Source: Octopus bimaculoides (lineage: Eukaryota). Taken from it: 64,000 bases of DNA. Positions 62,981-64,000 of this stretch are shown piece by piece (the first letter of the stretch is position 1; each line of letters begins with the position of its first letter). The stretch covers positions 66,289,427-66,353,426 of the forward strand of contig NC_068992.1 in assembly GCF_001194135.2 (NCBI RefSeq), in the 5' to 3' direction. A model generated the notes under the pieces. It worked only from the letters and a program-made list of their open reading frames with translations. It was not told the origin of the DNA and made no database searches. The position numbers and the translations under genes were made by a program.

Positions 62981-63439
62981 CATAGATAGACAGACAGATA
63001 GATAAGGCATGTTATTCATATAGAAGATTCTGGAAATACCCAAATATTTCTTTATAGTCAGCTTTTAAATGCCCACACTATCATGGTGGAACCCCACTTT
63101 TACACAACAAAGACAAGGTTAAAGGAAAGTCTGAAGCAAATGGAATTAGATCTACAATGTTAGATCTACAATGTTAGATCCATAATGTTGAATCACTTTG
63201 GTAAAATGAAGTCTTTTAGAGAGCTTACAGTTTGAAGAAAAGGTGATTGGAATGTAAGAACATAATCCACTCACCTTAGAACAAAACCTTACCTTTAATT
63301 TTGTCATATTTCTACCAATTTTGCCATACTTTATCTACTTTTTATCAATTCTGCTTTTCATTTGGCTTCTATCAGGTTTTATGAATAATTTCTTATCCTT
63401 TGACTCCGAGTATACATACATTGTTGTTGAAACCATATA

Positions 63440-63905
63440 TATATCATCATCATCATCTAGTGTTTGCTTTCCATGCCAGCATGGGTTAGATGGTTCGACT
63501 GGGACTGGTAAGCTGGAGAGCTGCTTGAGGCTCAAGTTGTCTGCTTTGGCTTGGTTTCTACAGCTGGATGCCCTTCCTAAAACCAACCACTTCACAGAGT
63601 GCTCCACTGTGTGTTCTGTACAGTACACTGGCATGAGTGCCTTTTACGTGTCACCAGCACTGGCATTGACCATATTTCACTTACCTTGACATATTTTCTC
63701 AAGTGTAGCAAATCACCAGAAGTCTCTGTGAGGCTCAACAACCAGAGATCATATTTTACCACTTTGTCCTGCATCATCCTGGGTCTGCCCCTTCCATACT
63801 TCCTTTCACAATCAGAGGCTGACACTTCTTTGTGCAGCTGTCCTCATCAATATGCATCACCTGACCATACCAGTGCAGTTTTCTCTCTTGCACACTACAT
63901 CTGAT
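63440..63905 (-). mobile_element. RTE LINE 3' end (ORF end plus 3' UTR and (GAT)n tail)
   Basis: Minus strand encodes degenerate KLHWYGQVM..DEDSC and GRGRPR..VV, followed by the same 3' UTR as the RTE-tail repeats and a tgatgatga tail. Confidence 0.75.
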
Positions 63906-64000
63906 GCATCTTATACTCTTGGTAAACTCCTACCTGTACACTGAATTCATTGCTATATTCATCATTACAAACGTTCACCTTACTGACAGTATCCCTGTAC

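Overview
AT-rich, microsatellite-dense animal genomic DNA with 10 assembly gaps. The repeat families and C2H2 finger style suggest an octopus or other cephalopod (inference). Main content: (1) the 3' part of an ASH1L/Ash1 H3K36 methyltransferase gene on the + strand, reconstructed by hand as 20 phase-consistent GT-AG exons from 9946 to the stop at 42873 (about 964 aa: FxLP MRG15-binding motif, AWS, SET, post-SET, bromo, PHD, BAH, polyQ, conserved C-terminus); its upstream exons were not found in the window. (2) A C2H2 zinc-finger gene on the - strand with a single coding exon (51719-52378) and an NRF1/YY1-type promoter. (3) Many transposon relics: a young RTE LINE, a MULE transposase fragment, an RLE-type LINE end, tRNA-derived SINE families, RTE-tail repeats, several MITEs and a composite minisatellite. 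Most unusual: in a long ASH1L intron, a tandem train of Pol III-derived modules (5S rRNA copy + tRNA-SINE + tRNA-Arg head) ends in a Penelope-type minimal hammerhead-ribozyme motif, with further hammerhead relics elsewhere. Also notable are long intronic fold-backs just upstream of ASH1L acceptors, one of which hides a splice acceptor that would create an immediate stop codon. No database searches or folding programs were run; all family assignments come from motif recognition.
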